Source: Burkholderiales bacterium
Lineage (GTDB): Bacteria; Pseudomonadota; Gammaproteobacteria; Burkholderiales; Burkholderiaceae_C
Length of the DNA: 64,000 nt
Reading direction: 5' to 3'
Assembly (NCBI GenBank): GCA_028868995.1
Contig: JAGWTH010000009.1
Span: 19,811-83,810, forward strand
Position 1 is the stretch's first letter, and every line of letters starts with the position of its first letter. The translations under genes were made by a program, and so were the position numbers. This document shows positions 46,501-54,079 of the stretch, piece by piece. The notes under the pieces were generated by a model that worked only from the letters and a program-made list of their open reading frames with translations, did not search any database and was not told the DNA's origin.

Positions 46501-48576
46501 CAGGCCTATCGCCTGGCCGACTGGCGCGTGGCGAGCGACGACGTCAACTACCGGCGCTTCTTCGACGTCAGCACGCTCGCCGCGCTGCGCATGGAACGCG
46601 ACGAGGTGTTCGAGGCCACCCACCGCAAGGTGCTGCAGTGGCTGCAGGACGGGCTGCTGACGGGCCTGCGCATCGACCATCCCGACGGACTGAGCGACCC
46701 GCGGGCCTACTTCGAGCGGCTGCAGGCACGCTACGCGGCCCAGGCCGAGGTCGCGGGCCGGCCGCCGCGCGCCCTGTACCTGGTGGCCGAGAAGATCCTG
46801 GCGGAGCACGAATCGCTGCCGGAGGACTGGCCGGTGCACGGCGACACCGGCTACCGCTTCGGCAGCCTGGTCAACGGCCTGTTCGTCGAGTCGCGCAACG
46901 AGTCCGCGCTGCTGGCGGCCTGGCGCGCCTTCACCGGCGAGGACGCGGACTTCGACGAGATCCTGTACCGCTGCAGGAAACTGATCATCGAGACCGCGCT
47001 GTACTCGGAGCTGAACTGGCTGGTGCACACGCTGCACCGCCTCACGCGCGGCAACCGCCGGCGCTGCGACTTCACGCGCAACCGCCTGCGCTGGGCGCTC
47101 GTGGAGGTGGCGGCCGCCTTCCCGGTGTACCGCACCTACCTGCGCGCCGCAGATCCCGCCAGCCCCATGGACCGGCGCCATGTCGACTGGGCGATCGCAG
47201 CGGCCGAACGCCGCCTGGGCCGCTCCGAGGCCGGGGTGCTGGACCACCTGCGCGAGGTGCTGCTGGGAGAAGGCGAGGCCGCCGCCCTGGCGCCGGACGC
47301 GCGCGGCCGCTTCCTGGCGCGCTGGCAGCAGTTCACCGCGCCGGTCCTGGCCAAGGCCATGGAGGATACGGCCTTCTACCGCTACCTGCCCCTGGTGTCG
47401 CTCAACGAGGTGGGGGGCGACCCACGCAGCTTCGGCGTGTCCGTCGCCGCCTTCCACTTCGCCAACCAGGGGCGGCAGCGGCACCGCCCGCATGGCCTGC
47501 TGGCCAGCTCCACCCACGACAGCAAGCGCGGCGAGGACCTGCGCGCCCGCATCGACGTGCTGTCGGAAATCCCGGCGCTGTGGGAGGACTGCCTGCTGCG
47601 CCTGTCGGGCTGGGCCCGCCTGTACCTCACCCCCGGGCCGCGGCAGGCCTGGCCGGGGCCCGACGCGATCTGGCTGCTGTTCCAGACCCTGGTGGGCCTG
47701 TGGCCGGCCGATGCGCCCGACGAGGCCGCACGCGAAGCCCTGCGGGTGCGCCTGCAGGAATACATGCGCAAGGCTGCACGCGAGGCCAAGCTGCATACCA
47801 CCTGGGTGTTCCCCGAGCAGGACTACGAGCAGGCCCTGGAGCGCTACGTCGACGGCGTGCTGCGGCCCGGCCCCAATCCCTTCGCCGAGGAGCTGCAGAA
47901 GTTCACCGCCCGCATCGCGCCCTTCGGCTTCCGCAACAGCCTGGCCCAGCTCGCGCTCAAGTTCACGGCGCCGGGCGTGCCTGACCTCTACCAGGGCTGC
48001 GAACGCTGGAACTTCAGCCTGGTCGATCCGGACAACCGGCGGCCGGTCGACCATGGCGCGCTGGCGCGTTCGCTGGAAGAACTGCAGGGGCTGTACGCAC
48101 ACGGCTGGCCCGAAGCCGGCCAGTGGGACCGGCTCCACGCGCGCGCCGCCGACGGCCACATCAAGCAGCTGGCCACCTGGCGGCTGCTGCTGCTGCGCCG
48201 CTTCCATGCCGAGCTGTTCCGCCGGGCGAACTACGTGCCGCTGGGCGTCGCGGGGCCCGCCGAGGAGCACGCGCTGGCGTTCGGGCGGCTGCACGAAGGC
48301 CAGGCCGTCCTGGTCGTCGCCGCCCGGCTGACCTGGACGCTGTGCGGAGGCGACGATGCCGCCTGGAACCCGGCGCTGTGGGCGGGCACCCGCGTGGACT
48401 GCGGCGCCGAGGCCGCCGGCCTGCGGCGCTTCATCGCCTGGCGCAACTGGCTCACCGGCGCCGAGGTCCGCCTGCCCGCGGAGCCGGCGGCCTGCTTCGA
48501 CCTGCAGGCGCTGTTCGCCGGCGCGGGCGGCCTGCCCTTCGTGGTGCTGGTGGCCGACGAGGAGTCCGCGGCATGA
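43516..48576 (+). CDS. malQ-treY: Fused 4-alpha-glucanotransferase (MalQ, GH77) and malto-oligosyltrehalose synthase (TreY, GH13)
   Basis: MalQ: WGIGDFGDL, PYSPSSR, GAPPD, RLDHV, GEDLG, STHDLPT. TreY from about 45676: ATYRVQF, STHGYD, GLRIDHPDGL, AEKIL, STHDSKRGED, GVPDLYQG. One continuous ORF. Confidence 0.93.
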   Translation: MNEDYGATLSEQARRLGVADRYHGFWGREESVPEAVLRRAVAAMTGDGREPPPQHLGLPALHTAREGDRPVLRWTRHDSADARWTLTVEDSGFEVAAGALRRGGQQVEIVLPEGLGPGYYRLALEGAPPHEHCRVVIAPRRCHVPEALRRGERWWGCTVQLYALRSSRNWGIGDFGDLRRLCDAAARQGASFVGLSPLHALFPHEPGAANPYSPSSRQALNPIYLDVQALVELGDCEEARERLHSEAFQERLQALRETELVDYPGVAAAKEDVLRVLWRHFERDELARDGARAAGFLAYVRERESTIGRHALFEALQVHLAARDPRAWGWPAWPEAWRDPDGPEVRAFREAHASEIGFRFWLQWLAELQLEACQRYARGRGMGIGLYCDLAVGVNGGGAETWREQGLFALGMHAGAPPDPLAPRGQDWGLPPWNPQRLRQARLQPFIDTLRANMRHCGALRLDHVMALMRLFWTGPEGGTYVDYPLADLMAVLALESQRHQCMVIGEDLGNVAPRMREAMREGDLLSYRPLLFERDDGGGFRAPAHWQREALAVVSTHDLPTLRGFWRGEDLELASRLGVHPDAAAHEAQVLARAQDRARLLLALQREGLLPGGATVQPTSLPDAGPSFVDAVHAYLARTPCWLVGVQLEDVAGQLLQVNVPGTTEDRFPNWRRKLPLTLEELANDARWVSLAAVLRAERGGAAPVAAAAQALPALDTADIPGATYRVQFHPGCTFEDVTRALPYLRSLGVSHLYSSPYLRARAGSTHGYDIVDHGEVNPDVGDATAHARMCRALRRHGLGQILDVVPNHMGVLEADNAWWLDVLEHGRASPHAGTFDIEWRPAQPEMEGRLLLPVLADHFGKVLESGEIQLRFDGEAGEFGLRYWGHRFPIDPGCYPDILAARPAPPARDDDGDSHAVVAALLESFRRLPSRDDPGDEARRARVRDASVFKRQLARLAARHAWLARWIAACLQPFNGRPGDPSSFDALERLVAAQAYRLADWRVASDDVNYRRFFDVSTLAALRMERDEVFEATHRKVLQWLQDGLLTGLRIDHPDGLSDPRAYFERLQARYAAQAEVAGRPPRALYLVAEKILAEHESLPEDWPVHGDTGYRFGSLVNGLFVESRNESALLAAWRAFTGEDADFDEILYRCRKLIIETALYSELNWLVHTLHRLTRGNRRRCDFTRNRLRWALVEVAAAFPVYRTYLRAADPASPMDRRHVDWAIAAAERRLGRSEAGVLDHLREVLLGEGEAAALAPDARGRFLARWQQFTAPVLAKAMEDTAFYRYLPLVSLNEVGGDPRSFGVSVAAFHFANQGRQRHRPHGLLASSTHDSKRGEDLRARIDVLSEIPALWEDCLLRLSGWARLYLTPGPRQAWPGPDAIWLLFQTLVGLWPADAPDEAAREALRVRLQEYMRKAAREAKLHTTWVFPEQDYEQALERYVDGVLRPGPNPFAEELQKFTARIAPFGFRNSLAQLALKFTAPGVPDLYQGCERWNFSLVDPDNRRPVDHGALARSLEELQGLYAHGWPEAGQWDRLHARAADGHIKQLATWRLLLLRRFHAELFRRANYVPLGVAGPAEEHALAFGRLHEGQAVLVVAARLTWTLCGGDDAAWNPALWAGTRVDCGAEAAGLRRFIAWRNWLTGAEVRLPAEPAACFDLQALFAGAGGLPFVVLVADEESAA

Positions 48577-50051
48577 AGATCCTGTTCGCCACGCCCGAAT
48601 GCGCGCCCTACGTGAAGACCGGCGGGCTGGGCGACGTCAGCGCGGCCCTGCCGGCGACGCTGGCCGGCCTGGGCCACGACGTGCGCATCCTGCTGCCGGC
48701 CTACCAGGGCATGAAGGTGAGCGGCGAGGTTGGCGACGGGCTCGACCTGCCGGCCTCGGGTCCCTGGCCCGCCGCGCAACTGGTCCCGGTGAGGGTCGAA
48801 CACGGCATCACCCTGCTGCTGCTGGCCTGCCCGGGCCTCTACCAGCGTCCCGGCGGCCCCTACGTCGACGCCGGCGGCCGCGACCATCCCGACAACGCCC
48901 TGCGGTTCGGCCTGCTGGGGCGGGTGGCGGCCCGGCTCGGGACCGCGCAGACGCCCCTGCCGGGCTGGACGGCCGACATCGTGCACGCCAACGACTGGCC
49001 CTGCGGGATGGCGCCCCTGTACCTGGCACACGAGCGCCTGGCCGCACCGCGCGACGCCACGGCCGCCAGCGTGCTCACCATCCACAACCTCGCCTTCCAG
49101 GGCCTGTTCCCCCTGGCCAGCGCCGACCTGCTGGGTGTGCCGCGACGCTGGCGCGGCATCGACGGCGTCGAATACTGGGGCCAGCTGTCCATGCTGAAGG
49201 CGGGCGTGCAGTTCGCCGACGCGATCACGACCGTCAGCCCGAACTACGCCCGCGAGATCCAGACCCCGGCGCATGGCGCGGGCTTCGACGGCATCCTGCG
49301 CGCGCGCGCCGCGCGCCTGCACGGCATCCTCAACGGCATCGACACGCGCCTGTGGGATCCGCAGCAGGACCTGCTGCTGCCCTTCCGCTTCGGTCCCGGC
49401 CGCATGCAGGGCAAAGCCCAGTGCAAGGCCACCCTGCAGGCCCGCATGGGACTGCCGGCGGCCAGCGGGGCGATGCTGTTCGCCGTGGTGAGCCGGCTCA
49501 CGGCGCAGAAGGGCATCGACCTGGTGCTGGCGGCCCTGCCCCGGCTCGCAGGCACGGGCGCGCAGCTGGTGGTCCTGGGCCAGGGCGAGCCGCAGCTGCA
49601 GCAGGCCCTGCAGGCCGCGGCGCAGCGGCACCCGCAGCAGGTGGCGGTGACGCTCGGTTTCGACGAAGGGCTGGCCCACCTGGTCGAAGCCGGCGCGGAC
49701 GCGTTCCTGATGCCCTCGCGCTTCGAACCTTGCGGCCTCAACCAGATGTACAGCCAGGCGTACGGCACGCCGCCCATCGTCGCTCCGGTGGGCGGACTGC
49801 TCGATTCGGTGATCGACGTCGACGCGGACCCCGCGCGCGGCACGGGCTTCGTCATGGCCGGCGCCGATGCCGCGGACCTGGAGGACGCCATCGTCCGGGC
49901 CGCGCGCCTGTGGCGCGAGCCGCAGCGCTGGCGCCGCCTGCAGGCCAACGGCATGGCACGCCCCTTCGGCTGGCAGGACAGCGCCCAGCGCTACCTGGAG
50001 GTCTATCGCCTGGCGCTGCAGGAGCGAGGCGGCAGCGGGCCGCCTCGATGA
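48573..50051 (+). CDS. glgA: Glycogen synthase
   Basis: KTGGLGDV, HANDW, TIHNLAFQG, GILNGID, QKGID and PSRFEPCGLNQM motifs. Confidence 0.95.
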   Translation: MKILFATPECAPYVKTGGLGDVSAALPATLAGLGHDVRILLPAYQGMKVSGEVGDGLDLPASGPWPAAQLVPVRVEHGITLLLLACPGLYQRPGGPYVDAGGRDHPDNALRFGLLGRVAARLGTAQTPLPGWTADIVHANDWPCGMAPLYLAHERLAAPRDATAASVLTIHNLAFQGLFPLASADLLGVPRRWRGIDGVEYWGQLSMLKAGVQFADAITTVSPNYAREIQTPAHGAGFDGILRARAARLHGILNGIDTRLWDPQQDLLLPFRFGPGRMQGKAQCKATLQARMGLPAASGAMLFAVVSRLTAQKGIDLVLAALPRLAGTGAQLVVLGQGEPQLQQALQAAAQRHPQQVAVTLGFDEGLAHLVEAGADAFLMPSRFEPCGLNQMYSQAYGTPPIVAPVGGLLDSVIDVDADPARGTGFVMAGADAADLEDAIVRAARLWREPQRWRRLQANGMARPFGWQDSAQRYLEVYRLALQERGGSGPPR

Positions 50052-50131
50052 CTTAGGGAAATCGCTTAAGGGCAAGTTCTTGACGCCCCACCGGATAATC
50101 CACCGGTCGGCGGGAGCGTTTCCGGCAGCCC

Positions 50132-50812
50132 ATGGATGGAACGGAGGGATTCAAGTTGTCCAGCAGCTTTGTGCGCGACCTGCGCGAGACCGTCGAGGCG
50201 CAGTGGCGCGAGATCAAGCGGGGCCAGTTCTGGCGACTGGTCATGGAGCGCCCGGTGACCCGGCCCCTGTACCGCGACATGATGCTGCAGGTGTATCACT
50301 ACTCCCGGCACAACTCGATCAACCAGGCGGTGGCAGCCTTCGTGCCGGCGCCCGAGGGACTGCTGCGCTTCGTCTACCGCCATGCTTCCGAGGAACTCGG
50401 CCACGAGCGGATGGTGTCGCACGACCTGCGCAGCATCGGGCTGCTGGACGACGCGGACCTGCAGAAGCCGCCGCTGCCCGCCACGGAGGCGCTGATCGGC
50501 TACCTGTATTTCGTCGGCCTGCGCTACGGCCCCATCCCGCGCCTGGGCTACAGCTTCTGGGCGGAGGACGCCCATGCGCACATCGGCGAGCCGCTCGCCA
50601 AGATCTGCACCGACCTGCAGCTCACCAGCAAGAACGTCACCTTCTTCGGCTCCCATGCCGAGGCCGACGCGGACCACATCCGCCAGGTCGAGGAAGCGAT
50701 CGAGAAGTACGCCGTCACCCCGCAGGACCAGGAGCTGGTGACGCGCGTGGCGCTGACCACTCTCTCGCTCACCGGGCAGCTGCTCGAGCAGGTCGCCCAG
50801 CGCCACCGATAA
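50132..50812 (+). CDS. Heme-oxygenase-like diiron enzyme (iron-containing redox enzyme, CADD/TenA-like fold); start may be TTG at about 50156
   Basis: EELGHE, FWAE and HAEADADH (H-x3-D-x2-H) match the E/H/E/H/D/H ligand pattern of CADD-type HDOs. Confidence 0.82.
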   Translation: MDGTEGFKLSSSFVRDLRETVEAQWREIKRGQFWRLVMERPVTRPLYRDMMLQVYHYSRHNSINQAVAAFVPAPEGLLRFVYRHASEELGHERMVSHDLRSIGLLDDADLQKPPLPATEALIGYLYFVGLRYGPIPRLGYSFWAEDAHAHIGEPLAKICTDLQLTSKNVTFFGSHAEADADHIRQVEEAIEKYAVTPQDQELVTRVALTTLSLTGQLLEQVAQRHR

Positions 50813-50827
50813 CCAGGGAGACCGACG

Positions 50828-51124
50828 ATGCTTGCTCAAGCCATCACCCTTGCCGAGCCCCTGCCGAACCCGGGCGCGCGGGATGACGAGCCCTCGGTGG
50901 CGCGCGACGTCGTGCTGCGCCACCTGAAGGACCCGGCCGAGATCGCGACCGTGCTGCACCTGCGCGACGAGATCGACCTGTCCGTGCACGCGGCCGGCGG
51001 GCTGCAGCAATTCGAGAGCCTCGAAAAAAAAGAGACGAGTGCGGGTTCGTGTTCGCCTTCGACCTCTACGGCGAGCGGATCGGCACCATCCGCATCGTTC
51101 CGATGGGCTACGGCCTCACCCTGA
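50828..51124 (+). CDS. N-terminal part of a LuxI/FeeM-like GNAT protein (frame 1; goes out of family frame after the A8 run)
   Basis: CAGGGAG RBS; tail after LEKK (ETSAGSCSPSTSTASGSAPSASFRWATASP) looks like an off-frame translation. Confidence 0.7.
   Translation: MLAQAITLAEPLPNPGARDDEPSVARDVVLRHLKDPAEIATVLHLRDEIDLSVHAAGGLQQFESLEKKETSAGSCSPSTSTASGSAPSASFRWATASP
51023..51032 (+). other. Slippery site GAA AAA AAA G (A8); -1 frame transition
   Basis: A -1 shift gives ...LEKK-RDECGFVFAFDLYGERIGTIRIVP..., joining the two ORFs into a 212-aa protein. Confidence 0.75.
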
Positions 51125-51465
51125 CCGAGACCCTGCTGCCCGAACTGGGCGAGGCCTCCCCGCCGCTGCTGCCGGGTGACTGGGAGGTCGGCCGGCTGGT
51201 CCTGGCCCCCGAGTACCGCACCGACGTCGAAGCGCTCAGGCGCTGCCTGCACCTGGCGCTGGAGTACGCCCGCGAGCACACCCGCATCGACACGCTCTAC
51301 GCCTCCTGCACCCACGTGCTCGGCCGCCTGTACCGCCGTTTCGCGTTCACCGCCTTCGCGCGCGACGTCCCGTTGCGCGGCACCCCCAAGACCTACACCC
51401 TCATCCGCGGACCGCTGGCCGACGTGGGCCGGGCCCTCGCCGCGCGCCCGCTGGCCGCGGTGTAG
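51049..51465 (+). CDS. C-terminal part of a LuxI/FeeM-like GNAT acyltransferase
   Basis: GTIRIVP, TLTETLL, WEVGRLVL and LYRRFAF motifs; GTG start without a clear RBS. Confidence 0.78.
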   Translation: MFAFDLYGERIGTIRIVPMGYGLTLTETLLPELGEASPPLLPGDWEVGRLVLAPEYRTDVEALRRCLHLALEYAREHTRIDTLYASCTHVLGRLYRRFAFTAFARDVPLRGTPKTYTLIRGPLADVGRALAARPLAAV

Positions 51466-51485
51466 GACGATCCACGAGACCGCGC

Positions 51486-54029
51486 GTGCTCCGCAAGTCG
51501 CTCCACCAGCTGTTCGCCCGTTACGCCGAGTACCACCGGCACGGGCCGCTGATGCTGCGCTACCTCAGCCTGCTGGGGTTCGTGTTCTTCCCGGCCTACT
51601 ACCTGTTCCGGTTCACCAAGAGCACCCCGGGATACGACGACTGGCTGCTGCGCGTCGTCGACGCGGCCATCTGCCTCGCGCTGTTCCTGCGGGACCGCTG
51701 GCCCGAGCGGCTGAAGCCGTACTACTACCCGTACTCCTATGCGGTGCTGGTGGTGACGCTGCCCTTCACCTTCGTGTTCACGTCGCTGAAGAACGGCGGC
51801 GGCTCGGTGGCGGTCGGCAACACGCTGATGGCGGCCTTCCTCGTGCTGCTGCTGTCCGACTGGCGCAATACGGCCGTGATCCTGCTGGCCGGCATCGCCA
51901 TGGCGACCGGGCTGTACGTGGCCACCGACGCCCATCCGGCGATGCCGGTCGACTACCTGGAGCGCTTCCCCATCCTGCTGGCCACCGTGGTCGGGGGCAG
52001 CCTGTTCAAGGCGGCGCTGGAGCACGCCACCGCGGAGCGCGTGCGCAGCGCCTATGCCGCGCTCGCCGGCTCGATCGCCCACGAGATGCGCAACCCGATG
52101 GCCCAGATCAAGTCCAGCCTGGACACGATCGAGGGCCTGCTGCCGCGGTCGCGGCGCGGCGCCAGCCAGGCGATCGCCAGCGAGGACCTCCGCACGCTGT
52201 ACCGGCAGGTGGCGGAGGGCGAGCTCGCCGTGCGCCGGGGCCTGCAGGTCATCTCGATGACGCTGGACGAGGTCAATTCGCGGCCGCCCGACCCGTCGAA
52301 GTTCGCCTTCCTGTCGGCCGCCGAGGTCTGCGCCAAGGCGGTGCAGGACTACGGCTACGAGACGGAGGCGCAGCGCGAGCGCGTGGCATTGAACGTCATC
52401 AAGGACTTCACGTTCCGCGGCGACGAGACGGCCTACCTGTTCGTGCTGTTCAACCTGATCAAGAACGCCCTCTATTACCTGGGCCCCTACCCGGGGACCG
52501 TGCTGACGATCACCGTCGACGACAACCAGGTGCGGGTGCGCGACAACGGGCCGGGCGTCCCGCCCGACCTGCTCCCGGTGCTGTTCGAGCCTTTCCGCTC
52601 CACCGGCAAGAGGGGCGGCACGGGCCTGGGGCTGGCGTACTGCCACCGCGTGATGCGCGCCTTCGGCGGCGAGATCTCCGCCGCCTCGGTGAGGGGCGAG
52701 TTCACCGAGTTCACCATGCGCTTCCCGCCGGTGGACGAAGCCGAGCGCGAGGAACACCGGCGCACCACCATCGCCCAGGCGCGCACGGCCCTGGCCGGCA
52801 AGCGCATCCTCATCGTGGAGGACGACCCGGTGCAGCGCATGGCCACCCGCCAGAAGCTCGGCCTGCTGACGATGACTGCGGAACTGGCCGAGGCGGAGGA
52901 CGGCCGCGCGGCGCTCGACCTGCTGGCATCCCAGCGCTTCGACGTCGTCCTGCTCGACCTGCGGATGCCGGGCGTGGACGGCTACACGGTGGCCGAGCGC
53001 ATCCGCCGCGAACCCGGACCCAACCAGGACGTCCGGATCATGGCCTACACCAGCGAGCCGGCGCACCTGGCGCGGGAGAAGGCGCTGCGCGTGGGCATGG
53101 ACGCCTTCGTCAGCAAGCCCTGCGCCCAGCTGCCGCTGCTCGCCGCGCTGCAGAACCTCGTGCAGGAGCGGCGCAGCGTGGCCACGGCGCAGCTGGAGCA
53201 GCGCCGCATCCTGGTGGCCGACGACCACGCCTTCAACCGCAAGGCCATGACGGCCTACCTGCGCAATGCGGGCGCCACGGTGATCGAGGCGGAACACGGC
53301 CAGGAGGTGCTGGACCACCTGCACCGATCCGGAACCTTCGACGCGGTGGTGCTCGACCTGCACATGCCGGTGCTGGACGGCCTGGAGGTCACCCGGATGA
53401 TCCGCAGCAGCGAGGCGCCCTGGGCCGAGGTGCCGATCGTCGCGGTCACCGCGCGCTCGGACGAATCCGCCGTCGCCGCCGCGCGGGCGGCGGGCATGAA
53501 CGGCTTCCTGGTCAAGCCGGTCGAGCCCGCCCTGCTCTACGAGGAGCTGGGCAAGCTGGTCGGGCAGGGCCCCGCGCCGAAGCGCGCCTTCTCGCTGCCC
53601 CCGGCCCCGCTCCCGCAGCCCGAGGAAGGCCTGCTGAACCTGTCGCGGCTGGAAAGCTACCGCCGGCTCGGCATGCTCGGCGAGCTGCTGAACGACTACG
53701 TGCCCGAGATGGGCCGGCTGGTGGCGCGCCTGTCGGTGGCTGCGGGCCGCGGCGACCGCGAGGCGGCCGTCACCGTGCTGCACTCGCTGCTGGGCATGAG
53801 CGGCGAGGCCGGCGTCCAGGCGCTCTATCGCAAGGTGCGCCAAGTCTATGTCCCCCTGCTCGAACAGCAGCAATGGCCCGCCGAGGGCTGGCTGGCCGAC
53901 CTGCAGCAGCTCGCCGAGCGCAGCCACGAGGCCCTGAGGGCCTACTGCGCGGCCCACGCCGCCCCGGCGCCGGGATCGGGCTCCGGCACCGGGCCCGGCC
54001 CCGGCGCGCCCCCGGCCAGGCAGGCGTGA
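51486..54029 (+). CDS. Hybrid sensor histidine kinase, CqsS/LqsS-like membrane domain + HisKA + HATPase + REC + REC + Hpt
   Basis: About 6 TM with FPAYY, YDDWLLR and LPFTF; IAHEMRNP; NLIKNA, DNGPG, GTGLGL; LLDLRMP and VLDLHMP; C-terminal LHSLLGMSG. Confidence 0.9.
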   Translation: MLRKSLHQLFARYAEYHRHGPLMLRYLSLLGFVFFPAYYLFRFTKSTPGYDDWLLRVVDAAICLALFLRDRWPERLKPYYYPYSYAVLVVTLPFTFVFTSLKNGGGSVAVGNTLMAAFLVLLLSDWRNTAVILLAGIAMATGLYVATDAHPAMPVDYLERFPILLATVVGGSLFKAALEHATAERVRSAYAALAGSIAHEMRNPMAQIKSSLDTIEGLLPRSRRGASQAIASEDLRTLYRQVAEGELAVRRGLQVISMTLDEVNSRPPDPSKFAFLSAAEVCAKAVQDYGYETEAQRERVALNVIKDFTFRGDETAYLFVLFNLIKNALYYLGPYPGTVLTITVDDNQVRVRDNGPGVPPDLLPVLFEPFRSTGKRGGTGLGLAYCHRVMRAFGGEISAASVRGEFTEFTMRFPPVDEAEREEHRRTTIAQARTALAGKRILIVEDDPVQRMATRQKLGLLTMTAELAEAEDGRAALDLLASQRFDVVLLDLRMPGVDGYTVAERIRREPGPNQDVRIMAYTSEPAHLAREKALRVGMDAFVSKPCAQLPLLAALQNLVQERRSVATAQLEQRRILVADDHAFNRKAMTAYLRNAGATVIEAEHGQEVLDHLHRSGTFDAVVLDLHMPVLDGLEVTRMIRSSEAPWAEVPIVAVTARSDESAVAAARAAGMNGFLVKPVEPALLYEELGKLVGQGPAPKRAFSLPPAPLPQPEEGLLNLSRLESYRRLGMLGELLNDYVPEMGRLVARLSVAAGRGDREAAVTVLHSLLGMSGEAGVQALYRKVRQVYVPLLEQQQWPAEGWLADLQQLAERSHEALRAYCAAHAAPAPGSGSGTGPGPGAPPARQA

Positions 54030-54079
54030 CGATCTCCCCGCCGTGACGGGGGACCGGTGAATCTTGCTAAAGTGACGGC

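Noticed and set aside
51075-51093. GCGGAT-N7-ATCCGC hairpin as a frameshift stimulator
   Set aside because: It lies about 43 nt downstream of the A-run, too far for a classic 3' stimulator, and the stem is weak for GC-rich DNA.
53960-54012. Hexamer-like repeats encoding PAPGSGSGTGPGPGAP at the kinase C-terminus
   Set aside because: A low-complexity disordered tail with no evidence of function or phase variation.
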